Of a stretch of DNA of 49,197 nucleotides, positions 21,678 to 31,501 are shown in pieces. Made by a program: the position numbers and the translations under genes. How positions within the stretch are numbered: the first letter of the stretch is position 1; each line of letters starts with the position of its first letter. The notes below the pieces were generated by a model, which saw only the letters and a program-made list of their open reading frames with translations, had not been told where the DNA came from and searched no databases. This stretch comes from Escherichia phage D2: the sequence record OM475427; one strand, 5' to 3'.

Positions 21678-23277
21678 ATGAGTCAGAAATACCTCATTCG
21701 CATCGCAGAGCTGGAAAGGTTGCTCTCTGAGCAGGCTGAAGCCCTCCGTCAGAAAGACCAGCAACTGAGTCTGGTTGAAGAGACGGAAGCCTTCCTGCGC
21801 TCTGCACTGACACGTGCCGAAGAAAAGATCGAAGAAGATGAACGGGAAATAGAACATCTGCGGGCTCAGATAGAAAAACTGCGCCGGATGCTGTTCGGTA
21901 CCCGTTCTGAAAAACTGCGTCGTGAAGTTGAACTGGCTGAGGCTCTGCTGAAACAACGTGAACAGGACAGCGATCGTTACAGTGGGCGGGAAGACGATCC
22001 TCAGGTTCCCCGCCAGTTGCGACAGTCGCGCCATCGTCGTCCGTTACCGGCACACCTTCCCCGTGAAATACACCGCCTGGAGCCAGAAGAAAGCTGTTGC
22101 CCGGAGTGTGGCGGTGAGCTGGATTATCTGGGGGAAGTCAGCGCTGAACAGCTGGAACTGGTGAGCAGTGCCCTGAAAGTGATCCGCACAGAACGGGTAA
22201 AAAAAGCCTGTACAAAATGTGACTGTATTGTTGAAGCACCGGCGCCGTCCCGCCCGATAGAGCGTGGTATCGCGGGCCCCGGATTACTTGCCCGCGTGTT
22301 AACGGGAAAATACTGCGAACATCTGCCACTGTATCGTCAGAGTGAAATCTTTGCCCGCCAGGGTGTCGAACTGAGCCGGGCCTTACTCTCCAACTGGGTT
22401 GACGCGTGCTGCCAGTTAATGACACCGGTGAATGATGCCCTGTACCGTTATGTAATGAATACCCGCAAGGTTCACACTGATGACACACCGGTAAAGGTAC
22501 TGGCACCGGGTCAGAAAAAGGCGAAAACAGGGCGTATCTGGACGTATGTCCGGGATGATCGCAATGTGGGTTCGTCATCTCCTCCAGCGGTCTGGTTCGC
22601 GTACTCGCCGAACCGGCAGGGGAAACACCCGGAGCAACACCTCCGCCCCTTCCGGGGTATCCTGCAGGCGGATGCGTTCACAGGTTACGACAGGTTGTTC
22701 AGTGCAGAACGTGAAGGTGGTGCACTGACAGAAGTTGCGTGCTGGGCCCATGCCCGGCGAAAAATCCACGATGTATACATCAGCAGCAAAAGTGCGACGG
22801 CAGAAGAAGCCCTGAAGCGAATCAGTGAACTGTACGCCATCGAGGATGAAATACGGGGATTACCGGAGTCAGAGCGTCTTGCGGTCAGGCAGAAGAAGAG
22901 CAAACTGTTACTGGACTCACTGCATGCATGCATGGTGGAGAAAAATGCCACGCTATCCAAAAATCCAGACTGGGAGAATGGTTCAGCTGTGTACTGAATC
23001 AGTGGGGCGCACTCTGTTATTACAGTGTTGACGGTCAGGCGGAGGCAGACATAATGCCGCGGAAAAAGCCCTTTGTGCCATCTGTCTCGGAAATAAAAAC
23101 TTTATGTTCTTCGGCGGCGAGCGCAGTGCACTGTTGTATGGGCTTATCGGCACTTGCCTTCTGAACGNNATNGATCCGGAAGCGTATCTGCGCCATATNC
23201 TGAGCATACTGCCGGAATGGCCCTCCAACCGTGTTGACGAACTCCTGCCATGGAACGTAGTTCTCACCAATAAATAA
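21678..23277 (+). pseudogene. tnpC: IS66 family transposase TnpC, interrupted by two frameshifts
   Basis: Frame 0 ORF 21678-22997 (439 aa, coiled-coil N-terminus, zinc-finger CPECG), continues in another frame (KSRLGEWFSCVLNQWGALCYYSVDGQAEAD) and then a third (NAAEKAL..FMFFGGERSALLYGLIGTCLLN..YLRH.LSILPEWPSNRVDELLPWNVVLTNK*). The shifts at ~22955 and ~23045 are not at n positions. Confidence 0.7.
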
Positions 23278-23442
23278 GCGTCAATACGGTGCTCCGTTGA
23301 CGCTTACTTTAATCCGTTTTCTGAGCTTAGATTTTTCTGTTCCTACCCAGACCGTGGATTTGGAATTCATTTTTTGTCAGGTCAATGCTAATCGTTAAAA
23401 CGGCCATAACGCACCTCCACTGGAAGGTTTATCAGAGGTCGT

Positions 23443-23721
23443 ATGAAAGATTTAACTTTGAAGTTTCATGACAAACTGCAGTTTAAGGCCTTCCTGTCAT
23501 CTCTTGGCTGGGCGGAAGATGAAGACCTCCAGAATAAACTGTTAGTTGATGAAATTGGTTTCACCTACACAGAAACAGGGGTAACAGAAGAGGGAGAACC
23601 TGTCTGTATCCGGAATGATGGTTATTTTGTCAACATTCGCATTCTTGATGACTTGTTTGATGTTTCTGTATTCTCTGATTATGTCGTGGAGCTGGAAACA
23701 CCGCTTCGGGAATGGAGCTGA
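23443..23721 (+). CDS. Hypothetical protein (92 aa)
   Basis: ORF with ATG start between IS66 and sitD; no family recognised. Confidence 0.3.
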   Translation: MKDLTLKFHDKLQFKAFLSSLGWAEDEDLQNKLLVDEIGFTYTETGVTEEGEPVCIRNDGYFVNIRILDDLFDVSVFSDYVVELETPLREWS

Positions 23722-23733
23722 AAGGAGGAAATA

Positions 23734-24027
23734 ATGGATATAAGCCCCTTACTTCATGCACTTTGTGCTGTGGCTGCGCAGATACTGGTTGGTCTTTTTA
23801 CCGGAAACTGGGCTTACGGAGCGATAGCCGGTTGTACGTTCTTCATTGCGCGTGAACATACCCAGGCAGAATATCGCTGGATTGAAATGTTCGGGCATGG
23901 CAAGCGAATGAATATGCCGTGGTGGGGCGGTTTTGATCCGCGAGCTTGGGATGTGGCAAGCCTGATGGATTTTGCTGTGCCGGTGGTGGCGTGTCTGCTG
24001 GTCTGGCTGTTGGTTAATCGTGGGTGA
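23734..24027 (+). CDS. Hypothetical membrane protein (97 aa)
   Basis: ORF with hydrophobic segments; preceded by GGAGG-like RBS (aaaggaggaaataATG); no family recognised. Confidence 0.3.
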   Translation: MDISPLLHALCAVAAQILVGLFTGNWAYGAIAGCTFFIAREHTQAEYRWIEMFGHGKRMNMPWWGGFDPRAWDVASLMDFAVPVVACLLVWLLVNRG

Positions 24028-24119
24028 AAAAAGGTGANCTGNANATNGCAACGGAGGAAGAAACCNCGTTGCTGGAAGCCNGGAANAAGTATCGGGTGTT
24101 GCTGNNCTCGGATGTTGTG

Positions 24120-24977
24120 CTAATTGGGTGATAACAGATCCTGTGTATGGGAGTTTCCCTTTTTGCGTGCGTTGATGCTGGTAACGGCAAACGTCATGAT
24201 GAACAAAACCGCGAATAAGACGACAATCGTCGGAGCTGGTGCGCTGTCGATAAAAAAGGACAACCAGACACCAGTCATTGACACTATTACCGATATGCCA
24301 GTCGCCAGTAGGAGCGCAATATGAAAGCGTTGTGTCAGGAGTACCGCAATGGCGCCAGGCGCAATGAGCAGAGAAATGGAGAGAATGATACCTACCGCTT
24401 TCAGCGTCGCCACAATGGTCAGAGAGACCATGCACAGCAGCCCATAATGCAGCCATCTCGTATGCAAACCGCTTACCTGCGCCTGTTGATAATCAAAGCT
24501 GAACAGCAAAAAATCCCGCCATTTTACGCTAATAACAAGTGTAACCAGCCCGGCAATAANCATCGTCTGGATTATATCGCCGATGGTTATCCCGAGCATG
24601 TCGCCGAANAGAATATGGTCAAGATGTNCGTCTGGTTTGACTGCAATATACAAGATCAGANCTGCGGCAAACATGCCAGANAANACNATCCCCATCACTG
24701 TATCTTGCTTGATTCGGCTGTTGTCTTTCAGGTATCCCGTCGCCACCGCGCAGAATACTCCGGCGACGAATGCCCCTGTAGCCAAAGGTAACCCCAGAAT
24801 CCAGGCAAGCACGATGCCAGGAAAAACCGCATGACTCATCGCGTCACCCATCAGTGCCCAACCTTTCAGGACCAGAAAGACCGACAGCAGCGCACAGGGT
24901 ATGGAAACTACCAGTGAAATCAGCAGTGCGTGACTCATAAAGGTGAACTGCAGTGGCTCCAGTAATAATGCCATCAT
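24120..24977 (-). CDS. sitD: Mn/Fe ABC transporter permease SitD (contains ambiguous bases)
   Basis: 285-aa polytopic membrane protein, paralogous to the upstream permease; several n/X positions. Confidence 0.85.
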   Translation of the reverse strand: MMALLLEPLQFTFMSHALLISLVVSIPCALLSVFLVLKGWALMGDAMSHAVFPGIVLAWILGLPLATGAFVAGVFCAVATGYLKDNSRIKQDTVMGXXXSGMFAAXLILYIAVKPDXHLDHIXFGDMLGITIGDIIQTMXIAGLVTLVISVKWRDFLLFSFDYQQAQVSGLHTRWLHYGLLCMVSLTIVATLKAVGIILSISLLIAPGAIAVLLTQRFHIALLLATGISVIVSMTGVWLSFFIDSAPAPTIVVLFAVLFIMTFAVTSINARKKGNSHTQDLLSPN

Positions 24978-25831
24978 GAGCGATCCTCCAGCGCCTTATG
25001 CGCACGCCGACGATTTGCCAAAAGCCCATGGGTGGGCGCAAAGACAAATGCTAAAAGAAACAGCAGTGTCTGCGCCACCACGATGATTCCACCTGTCGCG
25101 CCGTCCAGAAAGTAACTGACCCACGCGCCGAGGAAACTGGTTACACTGCCAATAGTTACAGCAATCATGAGCAGGCGGGGAAAACGATCGGTTAACAACC
25201 ATGCTGTTGCACCGGGAGTCACCACCAGACAGATCACCAGAAAGGCACCAACCGTTTGCAGCGCCGCAACGGTCGAAACCGACAGCAGGGTGAAGAAGAG
25301 GAGTTTTAATCTGCCCGGATGCAATCCAATAGCACGGGCGTGATTCTCGTCGAAAAAGGTCACCATAAGATCTTTCCATTTGAAAAAAAGCACGATGATC
25401 GAGAGAATGCCAATGATAGTGAGTTGCAGGATATCCGCCGGATCGATTGCCAGAATATTGCCCAGGACGATGGTCTGAATGTTCACAGATGTCGGGTTCA
25501 ATGACACCATAAACAGCCCCAGGCCAAAAAAGGACGAGAAGATCAGACCGATGATGGCATCTTCTTTTAAGCGGGTGCGTTGGTTAAGAAACAGCATGCT
25601 GCCCGCAGCCAGTCCGCCGGAAAAGAAGGCTCCCAGAGAAAACGGAAGCCCCAGCATATATGCCCCCGCAACACCCGGGACAATAGAGTGCGACAACGCA
25701 TCGCCAATCAGCGACCAGCCTTTTAGCATCAGATAGCATGACAGGAAAGCGCAGAGACCGCCGACCATCGCCGAGACCCACATCGCATTGAGCATATATT
25801 CATAGCTGAAGGGTTCCAGTAGCACGTTCAT
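24974..25831 (-). CDS. sitC: Mn/Fe ABC transporter permease SitC
   Basis: 285 aa, ABC-3 family permease; 4-nt overlaps with sitB and sitD. Confidence 0.9.
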   Translation of the reverse strand: MNVLLEPFSYEYMLNAMWVSAMVGGLCAFLSCYLMLKGWSLIGDALSHSIVPGVAGAYMLGLPFSLGAFFSGGLAAGSMLFLNQRTRLKEDAIIGLIFSSFFGLGLFMVSLNPTSVNIQTIVLGNILAIDPADILQLTIIGILSIIVLFFKWKDLMVTFFDENHARAIGLHPGRLKLLFFTLLSVSTVAALQTVGAFLVICLVVTPGATAWLLTDRFPRLLMIAVTIGSVTSFLGAWVSYFLDGATGGIIVVAQTLLFLLAFVFAPTHGLLANRRRAHKALEDRS

Positions 25832-26655
25832 CTTTCTTCCCTCTGCACCGCTGACGGTCGATGAGCCACAAAAGGGCGTTCATCGTCAGTAATAATGCTT
25901 TCTTCCGAGCCGTTAAGTGTGACATGGCGCAGTACGCCGCTAAAAGCCAGCTCTAGGTTCTCGGCTGTAAAAGTGGTGTCTGTCGGCCCGCTTGCCAGGA
26001 CGGTGCCTTTGACCATGACCGTATAATCGCAAAATGTCGTGACGGATCCGAGATTGTGTGTTGAGACAAGCATCGTTTTGCCTTCCGCGCGTAACTCCCT
26101 CAACAGGCTGATGATTTTGGCTTCGGTTTTCACATCAACGCCAGTAAAAGGTTCATCCAGCAGGATCACATCACCCTGCTGTGCAATCGCTCTCGCCAGA
26201 AAGACGCGTTTCTTTTGTCCACCGGAAAGCTCGCCGATTTGTCGATGGCGAAAATTCACCATATCGACACGTTCCAGCGCATCGGTGACAATTTGACGAT
26301 CCCTCTTTTTGGCGATACGCAACATACCCATATGCCCATAGCGGCCCATCATCACCACATCTTCCACCAGTACAGGAAATGACCAGTCAACCTCTTCTGA
26401 CTGAGGGACGTAGGCAACCAGGTTTTTCTGTAACGCCTGTCGCGTGGGAATACCCAGAACAGATATCTTTCCGCTGGTCAGACGCACAAATCCCATAATC
26501 GCTTTAAACAACGTCGATTTTCCGGAACCGTTTACCCCAACCAGAGCGGCAATAGATCCACTTGGTACTGTGAAGGATGCATCGCGCAGTGCTGTGTGCC
26601 CGTTATGCCAGGTGACAGCAACATCATTAACGACAATGCCTGCAGATTGCATCAT
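25828..26655 (-). CDS. sitB: Mn/Fe ABC transporter ATP-binding protein SitB
   Basis: Walker [13 protein letters not shown] signature LSGGQKKR, Walker B ILLDEP. Confidence 0.9.
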   Translation of the reverse strand: MMQSAGIVVNDVAVTWHNGHTALRDASFTVPSGSIAALVGVNGSGKSTLFKAIMGFVRLTSGKISVLGIPTRQALQKNLVAYVPQSEEVDWSFPVLVEDVVMMGRYGHMGMLRIAKKRDRQIVTDALERVDMVNFRHRQIGELSGGQKKRVFLARAIAQQGDVILLDEPFTGVDVKTEAKIISLLRELRAEGKTMLVSTHNLGSVTTFCDYTVMVKGTVLASGPTDTTFTAENLELAFSGVLRHVTLNGSEESIITDDERPFVAHRPSAVQREER

Positions 26656-27569
26656 TATTTCTCCCTTTTCCCGGCTTTAATTCCCTGTACCAGCGTACTG
26701 GTAGTAACCTTAAGAAGGTCGATATACGTCGGTACCGGGCCGTTTTCTGTGCTCAGGGAATCGACATAGAGCACACCGCCGTAGTGTGCGCCGGTTTCAC
26801 GCGCAACCTGACGCGCTGGTTTATCGGAAATCGTACTCTCGCTAAAGACTGCCGGGATATGATTTTTCTTAACTATATCAACAACCTTACGTACCTGCTG
26901 CGGTGTTCCTTGTTGATCGGCATTAATCGGCCACAGATAAAGCTCTTTTAGCCCCAAATCGCGTGCGAGATAAGAAAAAGCCCCTTCACTGGTGACCATC
27001 CATCGCTGATTCTCAGGGAGTTCCGTAATCTGCTTACGCAGGGGGGCAAGGGTTTGGGTAATCTTGGCTTTATAAGTATCGGCATTGCGTTGGTAGGTTT
27101 GTGCATTTGCCGGATCGTATTTTATCAACGCATCACGAATATTATCGACGTAAATCAGAGCATTATCTGGCGACATCCATGCATGGGGGTTAGGTTTGCC
27201 CTCATAGGGTCCTTCGGTGATCCCTACAGGCGTCACACCCGAAGAGACAATTACTTCTGGAACCCCATTGAGATGCTGGTAAAAGCGTTGGAACCACAAT
27301 TCCAGATTCATACCATTGGCGAGAATCAGTTGTGCCCCCTGCGCACGTTTAATATCGCCAGGGGTAGGCTGATACTCATGAATTTCTGCACCAGGCTTGG
27401 TTATGGATGAGACTTCTGCAGCATCTCCCGCCACGTTTTTGGCCATATCCGCGATGATGGTAAATGTTGTAATGACCTTAAATTTTTCAGTTGCACTTGC
27501 CTGAAATGCGATCGAGCAGGTGAGTGCGAGGCCCCCCAAGAGCATGGTTACTTTTTTTATTGAGCGCAT
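26655..27569 (-). CDS. sitA: Periplasmic Mn/Fe-binding protein SitA
   Basis: 304 aa with signal peptide; cluster-9 metal-binding protein, first gene of a sitABCD-type operon. Confidence 0.9.
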   Translation of the reverse strand: MRSIKKVTMLLGGLALTCSIAFQASATEKFKVITTFTIIADMAKNVAGDAAEVSSITKPGAEIHEYQPTPGDIKRAQGAQLILANGMNLELWFQRFYQHLNGVPEVIVSSGVTPVGITEGPYEGKPNPHAWMSPDNALIYVDNIRDALIKYDPANAQTYQRNADTYKAKITQTLAPLRKQITELPENQRWMVTSEGAFSYLARDLGLKELYLWPINADQQGTPQQVRKVVDIVKKNHIPAVFSESTISDKPARQVARETGAHYGGVLYVDSLSTENGPVPTYIDLLKVTTSTLVQGIKAGKREK

Positions 27570-27601
27570 AATTTAGTACCTATAGTGAGCAAAATTAGAA
27601 C

Positions 27602-27623
27602 AAACATAGCAACGGCTATGTTT
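27602..27623 (-). promoter_or_regulatory. MntR box upstream of sitA
   Basis: Perfect inverted repeat AAACATAGC-N4-GCTATGTTT about 33 bp upstream of the sitA start, matching the E. coli MntR operator pattern. Confidence 0.6.
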
Positions 27624-27645
27624 TATAGCATAACCTATACAGAAT

Positions 27646-27664
27646 GAAAATGATTATCATTAAC
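27646..27664 (-). promoter_or_regulatory. Fur box upstream of sitA
   Basis: GAAAATGATTATCATTAAC matches the Fur consensus GATAATGATAATCATTATC at 16 of 19 positions. Confidence 0.55.
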
Positions 27665-27762
27665 ATCTTTGAGGCCCAAAACAGGGATTAGTTTGTTTCC
27701 TGCTGGATGAAAGGACTCTTGGGATAGCACATGCCGCACGAAGAGCAGCATTACATGATGTT

Positions 27763-28002
27763 TTGTCGAATGAGCTACGAATCCTGATAGAAATACGAAA
27801 CAAGCTAGCACATGGACAATGGATCTATCCCTTCAATAATGAAGGAAATACTGTGGACCCTGATAAATATAAATTAATCAATAAAGAAAACTTGCAGTCA
27901 CTCCAATTCAAATATTCATTAGCACAGCATTTAGTTGACGCTGTACATGATTTGGTTGTAAGTCCTACGACATTCGAACGAGATTTCGAAAGCCATTTTT
28001 AA
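27763..28002 (+). CDS. Hypothetical protein fragment with HEPN-like Rx4HG motif
   Basis: 79-aa ORF with a TTG start only; contains IRNKLAHGQW (R-x4-H-G) reminiscent of HEPN/Abi families; AT-rich surroundings. Possibly a gene remnant. Confidence 0.25.
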   Translation: MSNELRILIEIRNKLAHGQWIYPFNNEGNTVDPDKYKLINKENLQSLQFKYSLAQHLVDAVHDLVVSPTTFERDFESHF

Positions 28003-28366
28003 AAATTATATCAAGTACGAACAAACTTAGTGACAAAAGACTACGAAAAATATAAAACAATTTTAGTATTAAGTAGAGAGAAATTTCGTTCTGCTAGGAC
28101 GCAGCAATAGGTTCATGAGATTCTCTGATACTTGTTACCTTAGTAAGCCTTAAATTTTTAAAAATTCTTTTACGTCCACTCCTCGCTCATAACAGGCATT
28201 AACTACATTTATCTTCATTGGCTATGCAAGTCGTAATAAAAGGTGGGACAAAACTGAGACACATAAGCTCTCACAAAGGTCTGCAAGGCCTCACATGTAT
28301 TGAGATGTTAATAAAATGTAGACTTGTAATTTTGATATAAATGGTAGATAAAACCTTTCCCCACCC

Positions 28367-28647
28367 CTGGTGCAAACATCGGTGACGAATGCGCCCTGTT
28401 TGAAGCCACCCACGGTACTGCGCCGAAATATGCCGGTCAGGACAAAGTAAATCCTGGCTCTATTATTCTCTCCGCTGAGATGATGCTGCGCCATATGGGT
28501 TGGACTGAAGCGGCTGACCTGATTGTTAAAGGTATGGAAGGCGCAATCAATGCCAAGACCGTAACTTATGACTTCGAACGTCTGATGGAAGGCGCTAAGC
28601 TGCTGAAATGTTNCGAGTTTGGCGACGCGATCATCAAGAACATGTAA
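28367..28647 (+). pseudogene. icd: 3' fragment of icd (isocitrate dehydrogenase), last ~93 codons, at the phage attachment site
   Basis: Translation [92 protein letters not shown] matches the Icd C-terminus; upstream sequence is unrelated to icd. Confidence 0.85.
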
Positions 28648-28671
28648 TCACTACATGTGTTAAATATTTAA

Positions 28672-28698
28672 ACGGGCGTGTTATACGCCCGTTGTTTT
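28672..28698 (+). terminator. Rho-independent terminator after the icd 3' end
   Basis: Hairpin ACGGGCGTG-TTAT-ACGCCCGT followed by TGTTTTAT. Confidence 0.5.
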
Positions 28699-28753
28699 AT
28701 GATGATGTAAAATCTTCCCCAAAACTTTCCCCAAAACNNNNNNTGGCTATTTT

Positions 28754-29896
28754 CTATGCTGTTTTGATATCTACGATAATCCAGTCTTTACCACGATCAT
28801 CATTGTATCGGTCGGTCATTTTTCTGGATTTATGGCCTAACAACTTTTGCGTATCCAGACCCTGTTCCCGATATAACCGTTCTGACAGAGATCGCTGCTC
28901 ATGAAATGTGGGCGCAGTTCCTTGCTCCCATTTTATGCCACATTTTTCCCTGGCCTTTTTAAAAGCCGTTGTCAGAGTATTCGCAGAAACCTGGTCTCCT
29001 CTGTTTGCTTGAGAGGTTGTGTGACGGTAATGGACCAGATATTTACTAACAACAGCATCCCTGCACTGAGATATAACTTCACGAAGGGTAATATTCAGAG
29101 CATCGCATTTCAGGTTAAGCGGAATAGCAAGTTTTGAACCGGTTTTTTCCTGAGTAATGTGCAACATGTCGTCCCAGATATCAGAGAATTTCAAATTGCA
29201 GATATCGCCTAAACGTTGTCCAGTAACAAGAGCAAGTAGCATGCCGCATTTTAAATAGGGCTGCCGTCTGCTTACGCTTTCAAATATTGCCTGCCATTCG
29301 GGCAGTGATAATCTTTGGCGGTTTACTCGATTTCGCGGTTGTTTTGTTGCCTGCGCTGGGTTAAATCCTGGCGGAACATGTCCTGCGTGTTGTGCTTCTT
29401 TGAAGACGTCGATTAACACCATTCTCACGACTTGCGCCATCCTGTTATGACCTTCAGCCTTTACAGCATCAATTATTTCGGCAATATCAAGTGCGGTAAT
29501 ATCCTTGAGGTGTTGCATTCCACAATGCTCACGGAAAAGACGAATGGGTTTGCCTTTTTGCCGATAGGAGTTGGGTCTTAGTTCATTATGTTGCAGCCTG
29601 TCCTCCTGGATAGAAATATATTTATCAAGCCATTCTGTCACCGTAATGTCTGAGCGCCTGCCTTTCATTCTTTCCAGACGCTCATTGACGCTTAATATTT
29701 GTCGGGTACGTTGTTCAGCAATAATGGTATTTGCTTCAGTAGCAACTTGTTTTGCTTCATTCNCATCAGTTCCTAAGCTATGAAAACGACCGGATAGTGG
29801 ATGTTTGTATTGCCAATATACCTTTCCGGTTCGCTTATCTAATTTGCAATATAAATTGGGTATAGAGATTTTGTGAGATCGGGGTCTAGCAGCCAT
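28754..29896 (-). CDS. int: Tyrosine site-specific integrase (e14 IntE-like)
   Basis: 380 aa; C-terminal catalytic region with conserved R..HxxR..Y (LLGHKSRKMTDRY); 3' end converges on the icd fragment. Confidence 0.9.
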   Translation of the reverse strand: MAARPRSHKISIPNLYCKLDKRTGKVYWQYKHPLSGRFHSLGTDXNEAKQVATEANTIIAEQRTRQILSVNERLERMKGRRSDITVTEWLDKYISIQEDRLQHNELRPNSYRQKGKPIRLFREHCGMQHLKDITALDIAEIIDAVKAEGHNRMAQVVRMVLIDVFKEAQHAGHVPPGFNPAQATKQPRNRVNRQRLSLPEWQAIFESVSRRQPYLKCGMLLALVTGQRLGDICNLKFSDIWDDMLHITQEKTGSKLAIPLNLKCDALNITLREVISQCRDAVVSKYLVHYRHTTSQANRGDQVSANTLTTAFKKAREKCGIKWEQGTAPTFHEQRSLSERLYREQGLDTQKLLGHKSRKMTDRYNDDRGKDWIIVDIKTA

Positions 29897-30122
29897 CAGC
29901 GATTATCCGTTGGAGTTTTGGGTTTGCGTTTATTGGGAGTTGCGGTTCTGCAAGCGTTCCTACAAAACGGGAATTTCGGTCAATCATCCAGTAGCGACCA
30001 ACTTTTATAGCGGGTGGGGCCATCATTTTCCCTTGCGCGTATTTTTTCAGAACTCGCTCACTTGGTGCTAAGTCCCCAAATTCTTCTTTAGCCCAGTCCT
30101 GTAAAGTGATTAGTCGAGACAT
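29886..30122 (-). CDS. xis: Excisionase / AlpA-like DNA-binding protein
   Basis: 78-aa ORF directly upstream of and overlapping int by 11 nt, in the excisionase position. Confidence 0.6.
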   Translation of the reverse strand: MSRLITLQDWAKEEFGDLAPSERVLKKYAQGKMMAPPAIKVGRYWMIDRNSRFVGTLAEPQLPINANPKLQRIIADGC

Positions 30123-30261
30123 TTGTCCTCCTCTTAGCTGCTGAGGGAGTTTGTGACCGATATATCTGACATGATATTAAGCTCATGGCAGGTACATCTC
30201 TTGACTGGTCATAGAGATAAATTTAATGCTGAGAAATGCAGTATTGAATTTATCAAATTTT

Positions 30262-30549
30262 CTATTTCCTGCGTATGGCACGTAACTTCTTAATGTGTTC
30301 TGCCGTTTCGATCTCTTCTGCTATCCGATCTGCATCAGCTTTATTCACAGGTTCAAAGTCATGATTAAAGCGGACGTTCTCCTGGTCGCGGCGTTTGATG
30401 TATTGCTGGTTTCTTTCCCGTTCATCCAGCAGTTCCAGCACAATCGATGGTGTTACCAATTCATGGAAAAGGTCTGCGTCAAATCCCCAGTCGTCATGCA
30501 TTGCCTGCTCTGCCGCTTCACGCAGTGCCTGAGAGTTAATTTCGCTCAC
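30262..30549 (-). CDS. Hypothetical early protein (95 aa)
   Basis: Acidic ORF in the xis-to-exo early region; overlaps the upstream gene by 4 nt. Confidence 0.4.
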   Translation of the reverse strand: MSEINSQALREAAEQAMHDDWGFDADLFHELVTPSIVLELLDERERNQQYIKRRDQENVRFNHDFEPVNKADADRIAEEIETAEHIKKLRAIRRK

Positions 30550-30767
30550 TTCGAACCTCTCTGTTTACTGATAAGTTCCAGATCCTCCTGGCAACTTGCA
30601 CAAGTCCGACAACCCTGAACGACCAGGCGTCTTCGTTCATCTATCGGATCGCCACACTCACAACAATGAGTGGCAGATATAGCCTGGTGGTTCAGGCGGC
30701 GCATTTTTATTGCTGTGTTGCGCTGTAATTCTTCTATTTCTGATGCTGAATCAATGATGTCTGCCAT
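30546..30767 (-). CDS. DksA/TraR-family C4 zinc-finger protein
   Basis: 73 aa with CxxC..17..CxxC (CCECGDPIDERRRLVVQGCRTCASC). Confidence 0.6.
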   Translation of the reverse strand: MADIIDSASEIEELQRNTAIKMRRLNHQAISATHCCECGDPIDERRRLVVQGCRTCASCQEDLELISKQRGSK

Positions 30768-30817
30768 CTTTCATTAATCCCTGAACTGTTGGTTAATACG
30801 CTTGAGGGTGAATGCGA

Positions 30818-30843
30818 ATAATAAAAAAGGAGCCTGTAGCTCC
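30818..30843 (-). terminator. Putative rho-independent terminator in the leftward early operon
   Basis: On the minus strand, hairpin GGGAGCUACAGGCUCC followed by UUUUUUAUUAUU. Confidence 0.4.
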
Positions 30844-30865
30844 CTGATGATTTTGCTTTTCATGT

Positions 30866-31048
30866 TCATCGTTCCTTAAAGACGCCGTTTAACATGCCGA
30901 TTGCCAGGCTTAAATGAGTCGGTGTGAATCCCATCAGCGTTACCGTTTCGCGGTGCTTCTTCAGTACGCTACGGCAAATGTCATCGACGTTTTTATCCGG
31001 AAACTGCTGTCTGGCTTTTTTTGATTTCAGAATTAGCCTGACGGGCAA
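30866..31048 (-). CDS. Lambda orf60a-like protein
   Basis: 60-aa ORF; sequence recalled as lambda orf60a (MPVRLILKSKKARQQFPDKNVDD...). Confidence 0.5.
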   Translation of the reverse strand: MPVRLILKSKKARQQFPDKNVDDICRSVLKKHRETVTLMGFTPTHLSLAIGMLNGVFKER

Positions 31049-31178
31049 TGCTGCGAAGGGCGTTTTCCTGCTGAGGTGTCATTGAACAAGTCCCATGTCG
31101 GCAAGCATAAGCACACAGAATATGAAGCCCGCTGCCAGAAAAATGCATTCCGTGGTTGTCATACCTGGTCTCTCTCAT
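30993..31178 (-). CDS. Lambda orf61-like protein
   Basis: 61-aa ORF; overlaps neighbours as in the lambda orf61/orf63 cluster. Confidence 0.45.
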   Translation of the reverse strand: MRETRYDNHGMHFSGSGLHILCAYACRHGTCSMTPQQENALRSIARQANSEIKKSQTAVSG

Positions 31179-31350
31179 CTGCTTCTGCTTTCGCCACCAT
31201 CATTTCCAGCTTTTGTGAAAGGGATGCGGCTAACGTATGAAATTCTTCGTCTGTTTCTACTGGTATTGGCACAAACCTGATTCCAATTTGAGCAAGGCTA
31301 TGTGCCATCTCGATACTCGTTCTTAACTCAACAGAAGATGCTTTGTGCAT
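31159..31350 (-). CDS. Lambda orf63-like protein
   Basis: 63-aa ORF, MHKASSVELRTSIEMAHSLAQIGIRFVPIPVETDEEFHTLAASL... Confidence 0.5.
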   Translation of the reverse strand: MHKASSVELRTSIEMAHSLAQIGIRFVPIPVETDEEFHTLAASLSQKLEMMVAKAEADERDQV

Positions 31351-31501
31351 ACAGCCCCTCGTTTATTATTTATCTCCTCAGCCAGCCGCTGTGCTTTCAG
31401 TGGATTTCGGATAACAGAAAGGCCGGGAAATACCCAGCCTCGCTTTGTAACGGAGTAGACGAAAGTGATTGCGCCTACCCGGATATTATCGTGAGGATGC
31501 G

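Larger units (their letters stand above)
20790..23307 (+). mobile_element. IS66-family insertion sequence (about 2.5 kb, tnpA-tnpB-tnpC)
   Basis: Imperfect terminal inverted repeats: left GTAAGCGTAAACTGACCGCCGTA (20790-), right end ...TACGGTGCTCCGTTGACGCTTAC (to 23307). Three co-oriented ORFs typical of IS66. Flanking 8-mers differ (tataatgg vs tttaatcc), so no target-site duplication is evident. Confidence 0.8.
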
